This document shows, piece after piece, positions 18,128 through 27,860 of a DNA stretch of 64,000 nucleotides. A program made the position numbers and the translations under genes. The notes beneath the pieces were generated by a model that did not search any database, was not told the origin of the DNA, and saw only the letters and a list, made by a program, of their open reading frames with translations. Position 1 is the stretch's first letter; each line of letters begins with the position of its first letter. Origin of the DNA: a virus (Duplodnaviria; Caudoviricetes); the IMG/VR virus record IMGVR_UViG_3300037400_001903, positions 13,212 through 77,211 of that record. The stretch is one strand, 5' to 3'.

Positions 18128-18574
18128 ATGAAACTTTTAATTGATTGGAGATTTAATTCTCAAGGTCAAGCTTATACTGCTTGCTGCATTCTAGACAAAT
18201 TTGAGACTGATGAGTTCTTTACTTATCAGGATTACTTACATTTATTTCCTACAGGAAACATTGTAGGTATTTGCGATTCTAAAGGTAGGCTTATACCTAA
18301 TAGATATGGTATAGACCTATCTAAATATTCTGATTCTTTACAACTTAATTCTTTATGCTCTACTTGTAAGCATAAAGATAATTGTAAGAATCATAAGAAT
18401 ATTATAGGCGACTGCCCTGTTAGACAGTTCGCTGCTAAAGCTTTATCCGCATCTGATTTTATAAAGGATGCTTATTATAAAGCTTTAGATGAGCTTGTAT
18501 CACTAGCTGATACATATTTCAAAGCTGCCATTTTATTTGACCCTGTAAAGAATATCTTGAAAGGAGGTGAATAG
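18128..18574 (+). CDS. Hypothetical protein with a Cys cluster
   Basis: CSTCKHKDNC...DCP; start moved to the ATG after AAGGAGG. Confidence 0.65.
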   Translation: MKLLIDWRFNSQGQAYTACCILDKFETDEFFTYQDYLHLFPTGNIVGICDSKGRLIPNRYGIDLSKYSDSLQLNSLCSTCKHKDNCKNHKNIIGDCPVRQFAAKALSASDFIKDAYYKALDELVSLADTYFKAAILFDPVKNILKGGE

Positions 18575-18575
18575 A

Positions 18576-18845
18576 ATGATGTATAATTATTTTATGTTAA
18601 TTGCTGAATTGATTTCTTTTTCTGAAGAGGAGGTTGTTGTATCTTATACACATCCTTCTCCTAATAGTGATGGTGTAAGAGAGACAACTGAGATAGCTGT
18701 TATCTCTTCACCTTTATTTTTTGAAATGTTACAGGAAATTCCTGTACATTCACTTATATCTATTAGAGGAAGAATTAGTGTTGACCTTTTAGGTAACACT
18801 ATTCTTGTTGCTGAAAGAATACTTGCAATGAAAGGAGGTGAATAA
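18576..18845 (+). CDS. Small OB-fold / SSB-like protein
   Basis: LISIRGRISVD...ILVAERI resembles the C-terminal strands of short SSB-type OB folds. Confidence 0.45.
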   Translation: MMYNYFMLIAELISFSEEEVVVSYTHPSPNSDGVRETTEIAVISSPLFFEMLQEIPVHSLISIRGRISVDLLGNTILVAERILAMKGGE

Positions 18846-18846
18846 T

Positions 18847-19371
18847 ATGGCTAAGGTTGACAAATCTTGTGCAAGACTTACTAAAGTTCTTGCTGAAAAA
18901 TTTGGTAAGCTAATTCATGATGCACCTAATGAAGCTATCCGTGCTAAGCTTAGAAAGTGTAATGCTTTCGGTAAGCATGCAAAGGATGCTTTAGCTGGTG
19001 TAGAAATTCCTGAGCATGTTGCTCAGAGAATGTATGAATTAATCAACAAATGTATTAACGATTGGTCTGACCAATATGTTAATGCTTTTTATGATGCATT
19101 AATTCAAGAGGATGTCGAAGAGAAGCAGATGTCTTTAGAGTTAGAAACTTCTAATTCTGAAGAGACTGTTTCTGAAACAGAGACTCTTGAGTTAGTTGAT
19201 GATAATGGTGTTAAGCATACAGTTGTTGTGAGCAACAAACCTTATCATTATGTTGTCATAATGAGACCTGATGGGTCTTATTATCAGCAAGAAGTTGATG
19301 CTGATACTTTTGATTTGAAAGATTTTGAATCAAGATTATCTATTGGTTATGCTGTTATTCAATACGTTTAA
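18847..19371 (+). CDS. Hypothetical protein
   Basis: GGAGGTG RBS; 174 aa. Confidence 0.7.
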   Translation: MAKVDKSCARLTKVLAEKFGKLIHDAPNEAIRAKLRKCNAFGKHAKDALAGVEIPEHVAQRMYELINKCINDWSDQYVNAFYDALIQEDVEEKQMSLELETSNSEETVSETETLELVDDNGVKHTVVVSNKPYHYVVIMRPDGSYYQQEVDADTFDLKDFESRLSIGYAVIQYV

Positions 19372-19552
19372 TCGTATTTGAATATAAATTTAAGGTCATA
19401 AAATCTATGGTAGGTTGGGAAACCTTAGGGTCTAAGCGTAAAGACATTCCTTTCTTTATAGATAAAATGATTAAAGATTCCTTTGACCTTTTTTTATTTT
19501 TCTTCCTATAAAATTTGAAAGTATTATAGGAAAGATTTTTATGAGGTGTCGT

Positions 19553-20032
19553 ATGAAAAAGACTATCGTTGAAAAAAGTAAATTTGCTCAAGCTTTAAAG
19601 CTTGACGTTAACACAGCAACTCGTGAAGAGATGGCTGCTGCACTTCTTGTTCTTAATGATTTATCATTAAAAGTTCAAGCACAAATTAAAAAGGTTACTT
19701 ATACTCTTGAGATGGAGAATGCTCGTCTTCTTCAAACTAGTATGTTTGATGATGAAGAGTTTAGTAACGCTGTTAATACAGTCACATTCACTGAAGAGAC
19801 TACAACTATCTATCATGTAGATAGAGATGCTGTATTATCTGCAGCTGGTGTTAAGTCTGTGAAGTATGATGACTGCGTAGAATCTCGTGCTATTGTAAAG
19901 GCTGAAGAGATTATTAAGCGTCATAAAGCAGGTACTCTTGACCCTAAGTATGCATCTGCAATATCAACTAATGATATTCATCAGGTTGCTATGGCTTTCG
20001 GTGAAGAGTCAAAAGAAGAGGAAAGCAAATAG
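19553..20032 (+). CDS. Hypothetical coiled-coil protein (paralog of 21596-22081)
   Basis: GAGGTG RBS; C-terminal KAGTLDPKYASAIST. Confidence 0.7.
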   Translation: MKKTIVEKSKFAQALKLDVNTATREEMAAALLVLNDLSLKVQAQIKKVTYTLEMENARLLQTSMFDDEEFSNAVNTVTFTEETTTIYHVDRDAVLSAAGVKSVKYDDCVESRAIVKAEEIIKRHKAGTLDPKYASAISTNDIHQVAMAFGEESKEEESK

Positions 20033-20043
20033 GAGGTATAAAC

Positions 20044-21591
20044 ATGGAAAGATTTGCTAATATTAATGCTATGTTGGGAGTAGGTATGCTCCCTTTATTT
20101 GAACTAAAGTCTGGTAATAGATTATTAGTTCTTTGTGATAACTCTAAGGTTATCATTGAAGTTCCTATCGTAGAATCTGGTAAGAGTTTCTACGGTTATG
20201 TCAATACTAGTAATGAACAATTAGAGACAGCTATCTCTAATTTCATCACTGATAATTTTAAGTCTACATATCCTGATATGACTCGTAAGGTTACTATCAA
20301 GACTAAGCCTTATGCTTTTACTGCTGATGATTTTATTGTTACAGGTATTGCTAAACAATCTGTTGGTGGTTTACAAAAGTATACTTATTATGAGAAGCTT
20401 TTGGCACCAGAAGGATTTGATTTCTCTGCATTTAAGAAGTCAGTAGTTGTTTCTACTGCAAGAGATTATTCTGCTTGTCAATTAGATGAGGAAGCTCAGA
20501 TGGTTCTTAAAGATAACGCAGCAGTCTTCAGTTATTTTACACCTAATATAAATGACTGGGCTGACAATGTTAAGCTTGCTTATTATGCTGTTCAACAAGG
20601 CAAGGTTAATCTTGTTATCTTTAAGGGACCAGCTGGAACTGGTAAATCAATTCTTGCTAGAGAGTTTGCTTATCTAATGAAAGCTCCTCTATTATCTATG
20701 CAGTGTACTGATGGAACAACTGCTGATGATTTGATGGGTAAAGCTGTAGTTAATACTGACCCATCTGTTCCTGGTCAATTTACTTATGCACTTGGACCAG
20801 TTCTTAAGTGTAGAAATAAAGGTTGGCAACAACTTCTTGATGAAGGTAATATGTCACAAGCTAACTGTATCAATATCCTTAACCAGTTTGGTGATGATAC
20901 TAATATTATTGAATGGGATGGTAAGTCTTATACTTGTTCTCCTAACTTTGTATTGTATTTCACAATGAACTCTGGTTATGAAGGAACTAATTCATTAAAC
21001 GCTGCTTTAAAATCTAGAACTATTGTTGTAGATGTTCCTAGATTAACTAAGACAGAGTTTGCTGATAGACTTTTTACTTATGTAACTAATAAATTATCAG
21101 CTACATTAAGTAAGGATTTCTGTAAAGAGGTATTTTCTTTTACAGAATATATGCAAGAGACTGCTAAAAAGTTTGCAGAGAATGTAGAGTTCTGTATCAG
21201 AAATGGGCAAAAGTTATGTGCTTTAGTTTTAACTAAGGCTTGTAGTGAAAGTGAATTCACTGCTGCAGTTTATGAATCTTATGTAGATTTCTTATCTATG
21301 GATAATGATAACACTGACACTTTAAATATTTTAAAGCAGTCTGTTGAAATGAAAGACAAGATTAAGAAACTATATAATCTTTATGATTATAAGGTTGTTG
21401 AATCTGTTGATGAGTCTAAGTTATTCAGCTTTGATGATGTTCTATTTATTGATGATGAAGATTCATCTTCAAATACAACTACATCAGGTTTTACTTCTAA
21501 TGAATCATCTTCATTTGATGAGGACTTAGATGATTTAGATAATTTCTTGAATAGTGATGCCAAAGAAATAAATGAAAATGAGGAGGCTTAA
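20044..21591 (+). CDS. MoxR/CbbQ-type AAA+ ATPase
   Basis: Walker A GPAGTGKS, Walker B LLDE, FTMNSGYEG..LNAALKSR; acidic tail. Confidence 0.85.
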   Translation: MERFANINAMLGVGMLPLFELKSGNRLLVLCDNSKVIIEVPIVESGKSFYGYVNTSNEQLETAISNFITDNFKSTYPDMTRKVTIKTKPYAFTADDFIVTGIAKQSVGGLQKYTYYEKLLAPEGFDFSAFKKSVVVSTARDYSACQLDEEAQMVLKDNAAVFSYFTPNINDWADNVKLAYYAVQQGKVNLVIFKGPAGTGKSILAREFAYLMKAPLLSMQCTDGTTADDLMGKAVVNTDPSVPGQFTYALGPVLKCRNKGWQQLLDEGNMSQANCINILNQFGDDTNIIEWDGKSYTCSPNFVLYFTMNSGYEGTNSLNAALKSRTIVVDVPRLTKTEFADRLFTYVTNKLSATLSKDFCKEVFSFTEYMQETAKKFAENVEFCIRNGQKLCALVLTKACSESEFTAAVYESYVDFLSMDNDNTDTLNILKQSVEMKDKIKKLYNLYDYKVVESVDESKLFSFDDVLFIDDEDSSSNTTTSGFTSNESSSFDEDLDDLDNFLNSDAKEINENEEA

Positions 21592-21595
21592 TATT

Positions 21596-22081
21596 ATGGC
21601 AAAGAAAAATATTAATTATGAAGATGTAGCAGTAGAGGTTACTGCTATGTCTTCTAAAGACGCAATTATTTTATCAGGTAATGACAAGTCAACACCTGCA
21701 ACTTTATATGATACTGTTAGAGCTATGGCTGCTTTAGATAACACTATTAGTAATTGTAGTAAAGCTAAGGATTTATTACAAGAGACTCTTAATTCTTATA
21801 GTGAGTCTGATATTAAAGCATTATTCCCTCAGGGTTATGCTAGTATTAATGGTAAGATATATCAGATTAGACATAAAATTGAGAGTAAGATGGATTATAA
21901 TGTTGATACTTTAGCTAGTATGCCTGAAGCTAAACCTTATTTATCAGTTGTTCCTGCTTACAACAAGCTTGATAAAGCTGCTTATAATAAGGATTTACTT
22001 GCTGGCTCAGTTGATGCTAAAGTATCAGCAGCTATATCCATTACTACTCATGAATCTAATGAGTTAAAGGAGGTGAAATAA
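21596..22081 (+). CDS. Hypothetical protein (paralog of 19553-20032)
   Basis: C-terminal LAGSVDAKVSAAISI. Confidence 0.7.
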   Translation: MAKKNINYEDVAVEVTAMSSKDAIILSGNDKSTPATLYDTVRAMAALDNTISNCSKAKDLLQETLNSYSESDIKALFPQGYASINGKIYQIRHKIESKMDYNVDTLASMPEAKPYLSVVPAYNKLDKAAYNKDLLAGSVDAKVSAAISITTHESNELKEVK

Positions 22082-22083
22082 TT

Positions 22084-22449
22084 ATGGCTCTTAATTTTAA
22101 TTCTGTAGAGAATGCAGCTTACTATATGAAGTGTAGTCTAGAGAAGAAAGGTTATCAGGTTGAAGCTACATCTGCTCCTTCTTCTCTTTCTTCTGGTGCT
22201 AGCTCTGATTATAGAAAGTTTGTTTCTTTTTCTCAAAGAATTCTAGATGGTTCTGGAGTTCTTAAAGGTTATATAACTTATAGAGTAACTTTAACTACTT
22301 CTGTTAAACGTCCTAAGTTTAGTAGTTATGAGTTATTCGATGAAGTTTATAACTCTGTTCATAAGGTGCATCTTAAAGATTATCCTACTGCTGATGATTG
22401 CTTTAAAGATGTATACAATTATATACTTGACCATTATAAAATGGTATAA
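22084..22449 (+). CDS. Hypothetical protein
   Basis: 121 aa with AAGGAGGTG RBS. Confidence 0.7.
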   Translation: MALNFNSVENAAYYMKCSLEKKGYQVEATSAPSSLSSGASSDYRKFVSFSQRILDGSGVLKGYITYRVTLTTSVKRPKFSSYELFDEVYNSVHKVHLKDYPTADDCFKDVYNYILDHYKMV

Positions 22450-22465
22450 TTAAGGAGGTAGAATT

Positions 22466-24403
22466 ATGGCAACAGTATATGATTCTTTAAATTTTATTAG
22501 ATACATTTATTCATCTAAGTTATTACCTAGATTTAAAATGTTATCTAAAGGTATGTTAGTTAAAGGTGGCGTTTATTGTTCATCTAATGTTTTATTTAAT
22601 TTTACTAGACAGGCTGATTCTGCTTATTGTAGATTAGCATCTTCATCTACTAGTTCTATTCCTGTATTTAAGATTGTTTTAGGTGGTACTTTAATTCGAA
22701 ATGTTTGTGGTTTACCTTATAATACTTCTAATCGTTTGGTTTTAAAGAGTGCTGTTGATGATATTAAGATGTCAACTGTCGCTCTTTTCTTTCACGAAAT
22801 GGGTCATCTTTTGTATACAGATATGACTGATACTAGAATCCTTAACTATAAGGATAAAGATTATATTAATTTTATCCATAGTATTCATAATATTTTTGAG
22901 GATGTTTATCTTGAGAAGTTTGGTCTTCGTAGAGATTATCCTGTTACTCAAAAGTATTTTAAGTTTTTAACAGCTAGAGTTTTTATTTCTCAAGCTAAAT
23001 CTTATAGTGATGATGGTTCTTCTCAAAGTTTTATTAATTATATTTTATTGAAACTTCGTTGCCCTAAAACTTTAACAGCTAAGAATGCTGTGTTTGATTC
23101 TGTATCAAAAGATATTTTGCCTATGTTTTCTGATATCCTTCATGATGATGATGGTACTAGCAGAATAACTAAGCAGATAGCTTTAGCTGAATGGCTTATA
23201 GCTAATACTTCATTAGACTTTAAGACAGTTACTCCACCAGAAGAGGAACTTCCTACAGGTGTTGGTCCTGGTTCAGGTCCTGCTAAGCCTGGTAAACCTG
23301 AGACAGGAGCTGGTGGTGGCGTTGGTTCTAATGCTCAAAACGGTGCTGGTGACCCAACTAATCGTGGTGGAAATAGAGGTTCTGGTGACATTGAAGATAA
23401 TCCTACACCTGAAGAGCGTCCTGTTTTTAAATCATTAGATGAGATGGAGCAATCTCTAGAAGACGAAGACATTGTTCCAACTTATAATGAAGAGAATGAT
23501 ATTCGTGTTGATGATTTACAGGAGATTGATGATGCTTTCAATAGTGTTTTATCTATTGATGCTATTGGAAATCATGAGTGGGTTATTGCAAACAAGATGT
23601 TTGGCTTTGGACCTAATGTTAAAGAAGCTGTAGATAAAGCTATGCTTGATATGAATCCTATTGCTTTACAAGTTATTAAATCTCTTAAGTTATTTAAAGG
23701 TCAAATTAGACCTAGAAATACTGCTGGATTTAATTCTGGCAAGCTTCATATTCCTACAGCTATTAAGTCTGTATCATCTGGTTTGCCTACACCTTATCTT
23801 TTTCAAAGAAAGATAGCTCGTGGTCAAGCTGCTGATTTGGCTATTAGTATTCTATGTGATAATTCAGGCTCTATGTCTGGTAATAAATCACATGTATGTA
23901 CTAGAGCTATGTTAGCATTAGCACAAGCTTGTGATAATGTAGGTATACCTATTGAAGTTAATTGTTTTACTAATGGTTCTACTAACTATACTATTCAGAT
24001 GAAGTCTTTTGAAGATAAGTTTGCTGATTCCAAATATTATTTTGGTATTACTGATAGTGATATATGTTATCATTATACTTTTGATAGTGATATTCCTGTA
24101 TTCTGTAGTAATGAGGATGAAGTTAATTTATATAATGTTTGGAAAAGATTCCTTAAGAATAAACATAAAGATAAACTTATCTTTGTTATTTCTGATGGAC
24201 AAACTTGTGGTTCTTCATCTGATTTAAGAGGTCTTATTCAAGAGATAAAGCAATCTGGTGTAAAGATAATTGGTTTAGGTATTCAATCTAAAGCTGTTGC
24301 TTCATTGTATCCTGAATATAAATTATTTGATACTGAAAGTTCTTTACAAGGCTTACCAGATTATCTTCTTGAAACTCTTAACAGCTTAATAAGAAAAGAT
24401 TAA
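22466..24403 (+). CDS. VWA-domain protein (CobT-like MoxR partner) with N-terminal HExxH motif
   Basis: FFHEMGH...NIFED; Gly/Pro linker; MIDAS DNSGSM and ISDG. Confidence 0.85.
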   Translation: MATVYDSLNFIRYIYSSKLLPRFKMLSKGMLVKGGVYCSSNVLFNFTRQADSAYCRLASSSTSSIPVFKIVLGGTLIRNVCGLPYNTSNRLVLKSAVDDIKMSTVALFFHEMGHLLYTDMTDTRILNYKDKDYINFIHSIHNIFEDVYLEKFGLRRDYPVTQKYFKFLTARVFISQAKSYSDDGSSQSFINYILLKLRCPKTLTAKNAVFDSVSKDILPMFSDILHDDDGTSRITKQIALAEWLIANTSLDFKTVTPPEEELPTGVGPGSGPAKPGKPETGAGGGVGSNAQNGAGDPTNRGGNRGSGDIEDNPTPEERPVFKSLDEMEQSLEDEDIVPTYNEENDIRVDDLQEIDDAFNSVLSIDAIGNHEWVIANKMFGFGPNVKEAVDKAMLDMNPIALQVIKSLKLFKGQIRPRNTAGFNSGKLHIPTAIKSVSSGLPTPYLFQRKIARGQAADLAISILCDNSGSMSGNKSHVCTRAMLALAQACDNVGIPIEVNCFTNGSTNYTIQMKSFEDKFADSKYYFGITDSDICYHYTFDSDIPVFCSNEDEVNLYNVWKRFLKNKHKDKLIFVISDGQTCGSSSDLRGLIQEIKQSGVKIIGLGIQSKAVASLYPEYKLFDTESSLQGLPDYLLETLNSLIRKD

Positions 24404-24417
24404 TTGGAGGTATTGAT

Positions 24418-25698
24418 ATGAAATTATTTGAAGCTGCTAAATCTGTTAGTTTAACAGATATTTTTACTGAGATGTGTGGTGGAACTATTCCTAATCGTAG
24501 GAAGAATTCCCTTACATCTTGTCCTATTTGTGGAGCAGGGACTAACACTCCTTGCTTCGGCCTTTATGGCAAAACAAAAAACATTCTTGATAAATATAAA
24601 TGTTTCTCTTGTGGTGCACAAGGAGATTCTATATCTTTAGTAAAGAATGTTTATGGTTTAGTTGATGATGTTGAAGCTGCTAAAGAAATTTGCAGATATT
24701 TTAATGTTGAATATGAAGAGACTAAAGCCTCTGTTCATAATGATAAGTATGATAAGTATGTTAGAACTTATAATTATATTGCTAAACTTTTTAATGTTTT
24801 GTATCGTAGTGATTTTAATCCTGATAAAAATTATTTTGAGAACAGAGGTTTATCTACTGAACTTATTGATAAATATCAGTTAGGCTATTGTCCTAATATG
24901 CTTATCACTAAAGAGAATAAACATATCTCTTTACAAGATTTAATTCTTCGTATGGGTTTAACTGTTGAAGAAGGTCTTGTTAATTCTTATGGTGAATCTG
25001 TTTTCTCTGGTAGATACATCTTCCCTATTAGAAATTCTAAAGGTGATGTTATTGCTTTTAGTGGTAGAACTTTAGATGCTAATGCTCCTAAGTATGTTAA
25101 TACTTGTGAGACAGAGTTCTTTAAGAAGTCTTTTGCTTTATTCAATTATGATAGAGCTAAAGCTTATCCTACAGTCTATGTTGTTGAGGGTTATATGGAT
25201 GCCTTATCTTTAATTGAATCAGGAATACCTAATGTTGTTGCTGCTATGGGTACAGCTTTTACTGAAAGTCATATATCAGCACTTAAAGGTAAGCAGATTG
25301 TTCTTGCTCTTGACCATGATGGTGCTGGTATGACTCATATCTTTAATATCATAACTCAGTTTAGAGATATCTATTTTAAAGTTATGTATACTCCACAAGA
25401 GTATAAAGATTTTAATGAGATGCTTATGGCTAAGCAAGACATTAAATCTTATTTATCTAAGTATGAGTTAAAAGCTGGACCAGAGTTTGTCATAAGACTT
25501 CTTACACATACTCAGGATATGAGTAAGTTAGAATCTCGTTCAGATATTTGGAAGACTATCGCATCTTTGATAGGTTCTACTAACTATTCTTATCAAAAGA
25601 AGTATCCACTTAATACTTTATATACTCCTGTTGAGATAGATTATTTCTGGAAGATGTATTCTAAATTTATAAAAAGAAATAGAAAGGAGGTGAAATAG
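24418..25698 (+). CDS. dnaG: DnaG-type DNA primase
   Basis: N-terminal Zn finger (CPIC...CFSC), PKYVN, Toprim VVEGYMDAL and ALDHDGAG. Confidence 0.9.
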   Translation: MKLFEAAKSVSLTDIFTEMCGGTIPNRRKNSLTSCPICGAGTNTPCFGLYGKTKNILDKYKCFSCGAQGDSISLVKNVYGLVDDVEAAKEICRYFNVEYEETKASVHNDKYDKYVRTYNYIAKLFNVLYRSDFNPDKNYFENRGLSTELIDKYQLGYCPNMLITKENKHISLQDLILRMGLTVEEGLVNSYGESVFSGRYIFPIRNSKGDVIAFSGRTLDANAPKYVNTCETEFFKKSFALFNYDRAKAYPTVYVVEGYMDALSLIESGIPNVVAAMGTAFTESHISALKGKQIVLALDHDGAGMTHIFNIITQFRDIYFKVMYTPQEYKDFNEMLMAKQDIKSYLSKYELKAGPEFVIRLLTHTQDMSKLESRSDIWKTIASLIGSTNYSYQKKYPLNTLYTPVEIDYFWKMYSKFIKRNRKEVK

Positions 25699-25699
25699 T

Positions 25700-26239
25700 A
25701 TGGAGGATTTAAAGTCTAGGGATTTAATTAATGTTACTAACCATTGTTGTAATGGTGTTTGTAGTAATTGTGGTGAATGTTGTACTGATATAATACCTCT
25801 TACGAAGAACGAGGTAAAGAATATTCGTGCTTATATTAAGAAGCATAATATTAAAGAACGTGTTTATATGGATGATACTACCTTTGATTTTCGCTGTCCT
25901 TTTTATATTAAGGATAGTGATAAGCATTGTGCTATTTATCCTGTTCGACCTTTGATTTGTCAGAAGTTTAAATGTAATCAGGATAAGTCTGTTATAGCTT
26001 CTAATAAAGAATTGCTATCTATGAGGGCTGATTATAATAAATTTTATAATTGGTCTTATCATCATACTTTCATAAGTTTACATAATTTATTTTATAAAAA
26101 TTATGCTTATGAGATTCAATCTATTTATAGTCTTTGTCTTAATAACAAAGAGTTAATGCAAGATTTTTTAAATAAAGAATGTCTTAATAAATATTCTTTC
26201 ACTGATTTAGATATTGAATTTGAAGAGGAGGAAAAGTAA
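25700..26239 (+). CDS. YkgJ-family Cys-cluster protein
   Basis: CSNCGECC...CPF...CAIYPVRPLICQKF. Confidence 0.85.
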   Translation: MEDLKSRDLINVTNHCCNGVCSNCGECCTDIIPLTKNEVKNIRAYIKKHNIKERVYMDDTTFDFRCPFYIKDSDKHCAIYPVRPLICQKFKCNQDKSVIASNKELLSMRADYNKFYNWSYHHTFISLHNLFYKNYAYEIQSIYSLCLNNKELMQDFLNKECLNKYSFTDLDIEFEEEEK

Positions 26240-26241
26240 TC

Positions 26242-26469
26242 ATGTCTAAAGTTTCTATTGTAAAAATTTGTCCTGTTTGTGAAAAGGTTTCACAACTATC
26301 TGTCGATTCTGATAAATATAATCAGTATATGCAACGTAAAGATTTAATTCAAAATGTTTTTCCTGAACTTAATCCAGCTCAACGTGAGTTTATTATGACT
26401 GGTTATTGTTCTGATTGTCAACATATTATATTTGGAAGTAATTATACTATTGAGGAGGAGGAAAGATAA
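26242..26469 (+). CDS. Small zinc-finger protein
   Basis: CPVC ... CSDC. Confidence 0.7.
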   Translation: MSKVSIVKICPVCEKVSQLSVDSDKYNQYMQRKDLIQNVFPELNPAQREFIMTGYCSDCQHIIFGSNYTIEEEER

Positions 26470-26470
26470 T

Positions 26471-27079
26471 ATGCCTAACTATTGTGATAATGGATTGAAC
26501 ATTAAGTTCGAATCTTTAATTGATTTAAAACATTTTATTTTTATACATTTTAATAATAAGGAACTAGATTTTAATACTATAGTTCCTGAACCTAAAACCA
26601 TTGATGAGTGTCCTAGAAAATATTCTCTTTTATCTGAACAAGAGAAAAAAGATGCTCATATTGTTTCTTATGAAGATAGAGAATGGTTTAATTGGTATCT
26701 TTGGCATTGCGATTTCTGGGGTACAAAATGGAATTCTTGTTCCACAGATTATTATATTGATACTAAAACATTAACTTTATATGTTTCATTTACTACAGCA
26801 TGGTCTCCTGCTATACCTATTGTTCATAAGTTAATTGACATGTACCCATCTTGTGAGATTCATTTTACTTATTATGAATCTGGTATGTGTTTCGCTGGAT
26901 TTATAGATTATGAATCTGGTGGAATAATAGAGAATCAGTTATCTCCAGATGACGGTTTAGATTATTATCAGTTCTTATATGATAATGATTATGAATCAGA
27001 AGATACATTAACTGACCCAGATTGTTTTAATTTATCTGTTGTTGATGGCAAAGTTAAATATAGAAAGGAGGTGAAATAA
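26471..27079 (+). CDS. DUF1281/YubB-like ferredoxin-fold phage protein
   Basis: MPNYCDN, LDFNTIVP, WYLWHCDFWGTKWN, FTTAWSP. Confidence 0.8.
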   Translation: MPNYCDNGLNIKFESLIDLKHFIFIHFNNKELDFNTIVPEPKTIDECPRKYSLLSEQEKKDAHIVSYEDREWFNWYLWHCDFWGTKWNSCSTDYYIDTKTLTLYVSFTTAWSPAIPIVHKLIDMYPSCEIHFTYYESGMCFAGFIDYESGGIIENQLSPDDGLDYYQFLYDNDYESEDTLTDPDCFNLSVVDGKVKYRKEVK

Positions 27080-27080
27080 T

Positions 27081-27362
27081 ATGAGTATTCTATCTGATGT
27101 TAAACAAGAGAATTTTAATTCTGTTAAGGATTTCTTAGCAGCTAATCTTTTCTATCAACGTGTATATTATATACCTGTTGATTTGAAGAATAAGGATTGG
27201 GGTTGTTGCCCTGCTTATCCTTCTAATGAAGAGTTGTTAGAAAAGTTTGCTGATGATGAATGTGTTTATGAGATTTATATCGAGCCTGATTGTATCAAAA
27301 AGAGTTTAATTATTTACACTCGTAAAGCAATTAAACCTGGTATTTTATTTGAGGGGGCGTAG
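27081..27362 (+). CDS. Hypothetical protein
   Basis: 93 aa with AAGGAGGTG RBS. Confidence 0.7.
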   Translation: MSILSDVKQENFNSVKDFLAANLFYQRVYYIPVDLKNKDWGCCPAYPSNEELLEKFADDECVYEIYIEPDCIKKSLIIYTRKAIKPGILFEGA

Positions 27363-27363
27363 T

Positions 27364-27813
27364 ATGTTAAAAGAATTTTTAAAACCTTTTGATATTGTTT
27401 CAGCTCCTTATGTAGATTTGGAAGGTAATATTAAATCATTTTCTAATGGCAATCAACAGAAAGGTTTATTCATGGTTGTTGCTGTAGATAATGGTAATGT
27501 TATTGCTTGTAAAGTTACCTCTCAATCTACATTACATAATTCTCCTGATTTTACTTATACTCTACTTCAAGATTCTCATCAATTTTTGAGAGCCACATCT
27601 TATATTCAGTTGACTAAGCCTCATACATTGGGTGTTCCATCTTGTCAAAAGATTGGTGAGGTTGCCCTTTTCTGTAGAGCACATATAAAATCACAGCTTA
27701 AACTTTTGTTTGACACTATTGGTAATATTTTACAAGTTAATATTCCTGTGCAGAAGTATGTTAGTCCTAACATTATTCCACGTAGATTTGGTGGGGTAGT
27801 TATTAAGAAATAA
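27364..27813 (+). CDS. PemK/MazF-like fold protein, orphan
   Basis: FDIVSAPY...K.LFMVV...ACKVTSQ...SYIQLTKPHTL...IGEV pattern. Confidence 0.6.
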   Translation: MLKEFLKPFDIVSAPYVDLEGNIKSFSNGNQQKGLFMVVAVDNGNVIACKVTSQSTLHNSPDFTYTLLQDSHQFLRATSYIQLTKPHTLGVPSCQKIGEVALFCRAHIKSQLKLLFDTIGNILQVNIPVQKYVSPNIIPRRFGGVVIKK

Positions 27814-27827
27814 CTCGACTGTATAAA

Positions 27828-27858
27828 TAAAGAAGGCCTCCGTTTTGGAGACCTTTTT
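27828..27858. terminator. Bidirectional terminator between convergent operons
   Basis: AAGGCCTCC-GTTTT-GGAGACCTT with flanking A and T tracts. Confidence 0.7.
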
Positions 27859-27860
27859 GA

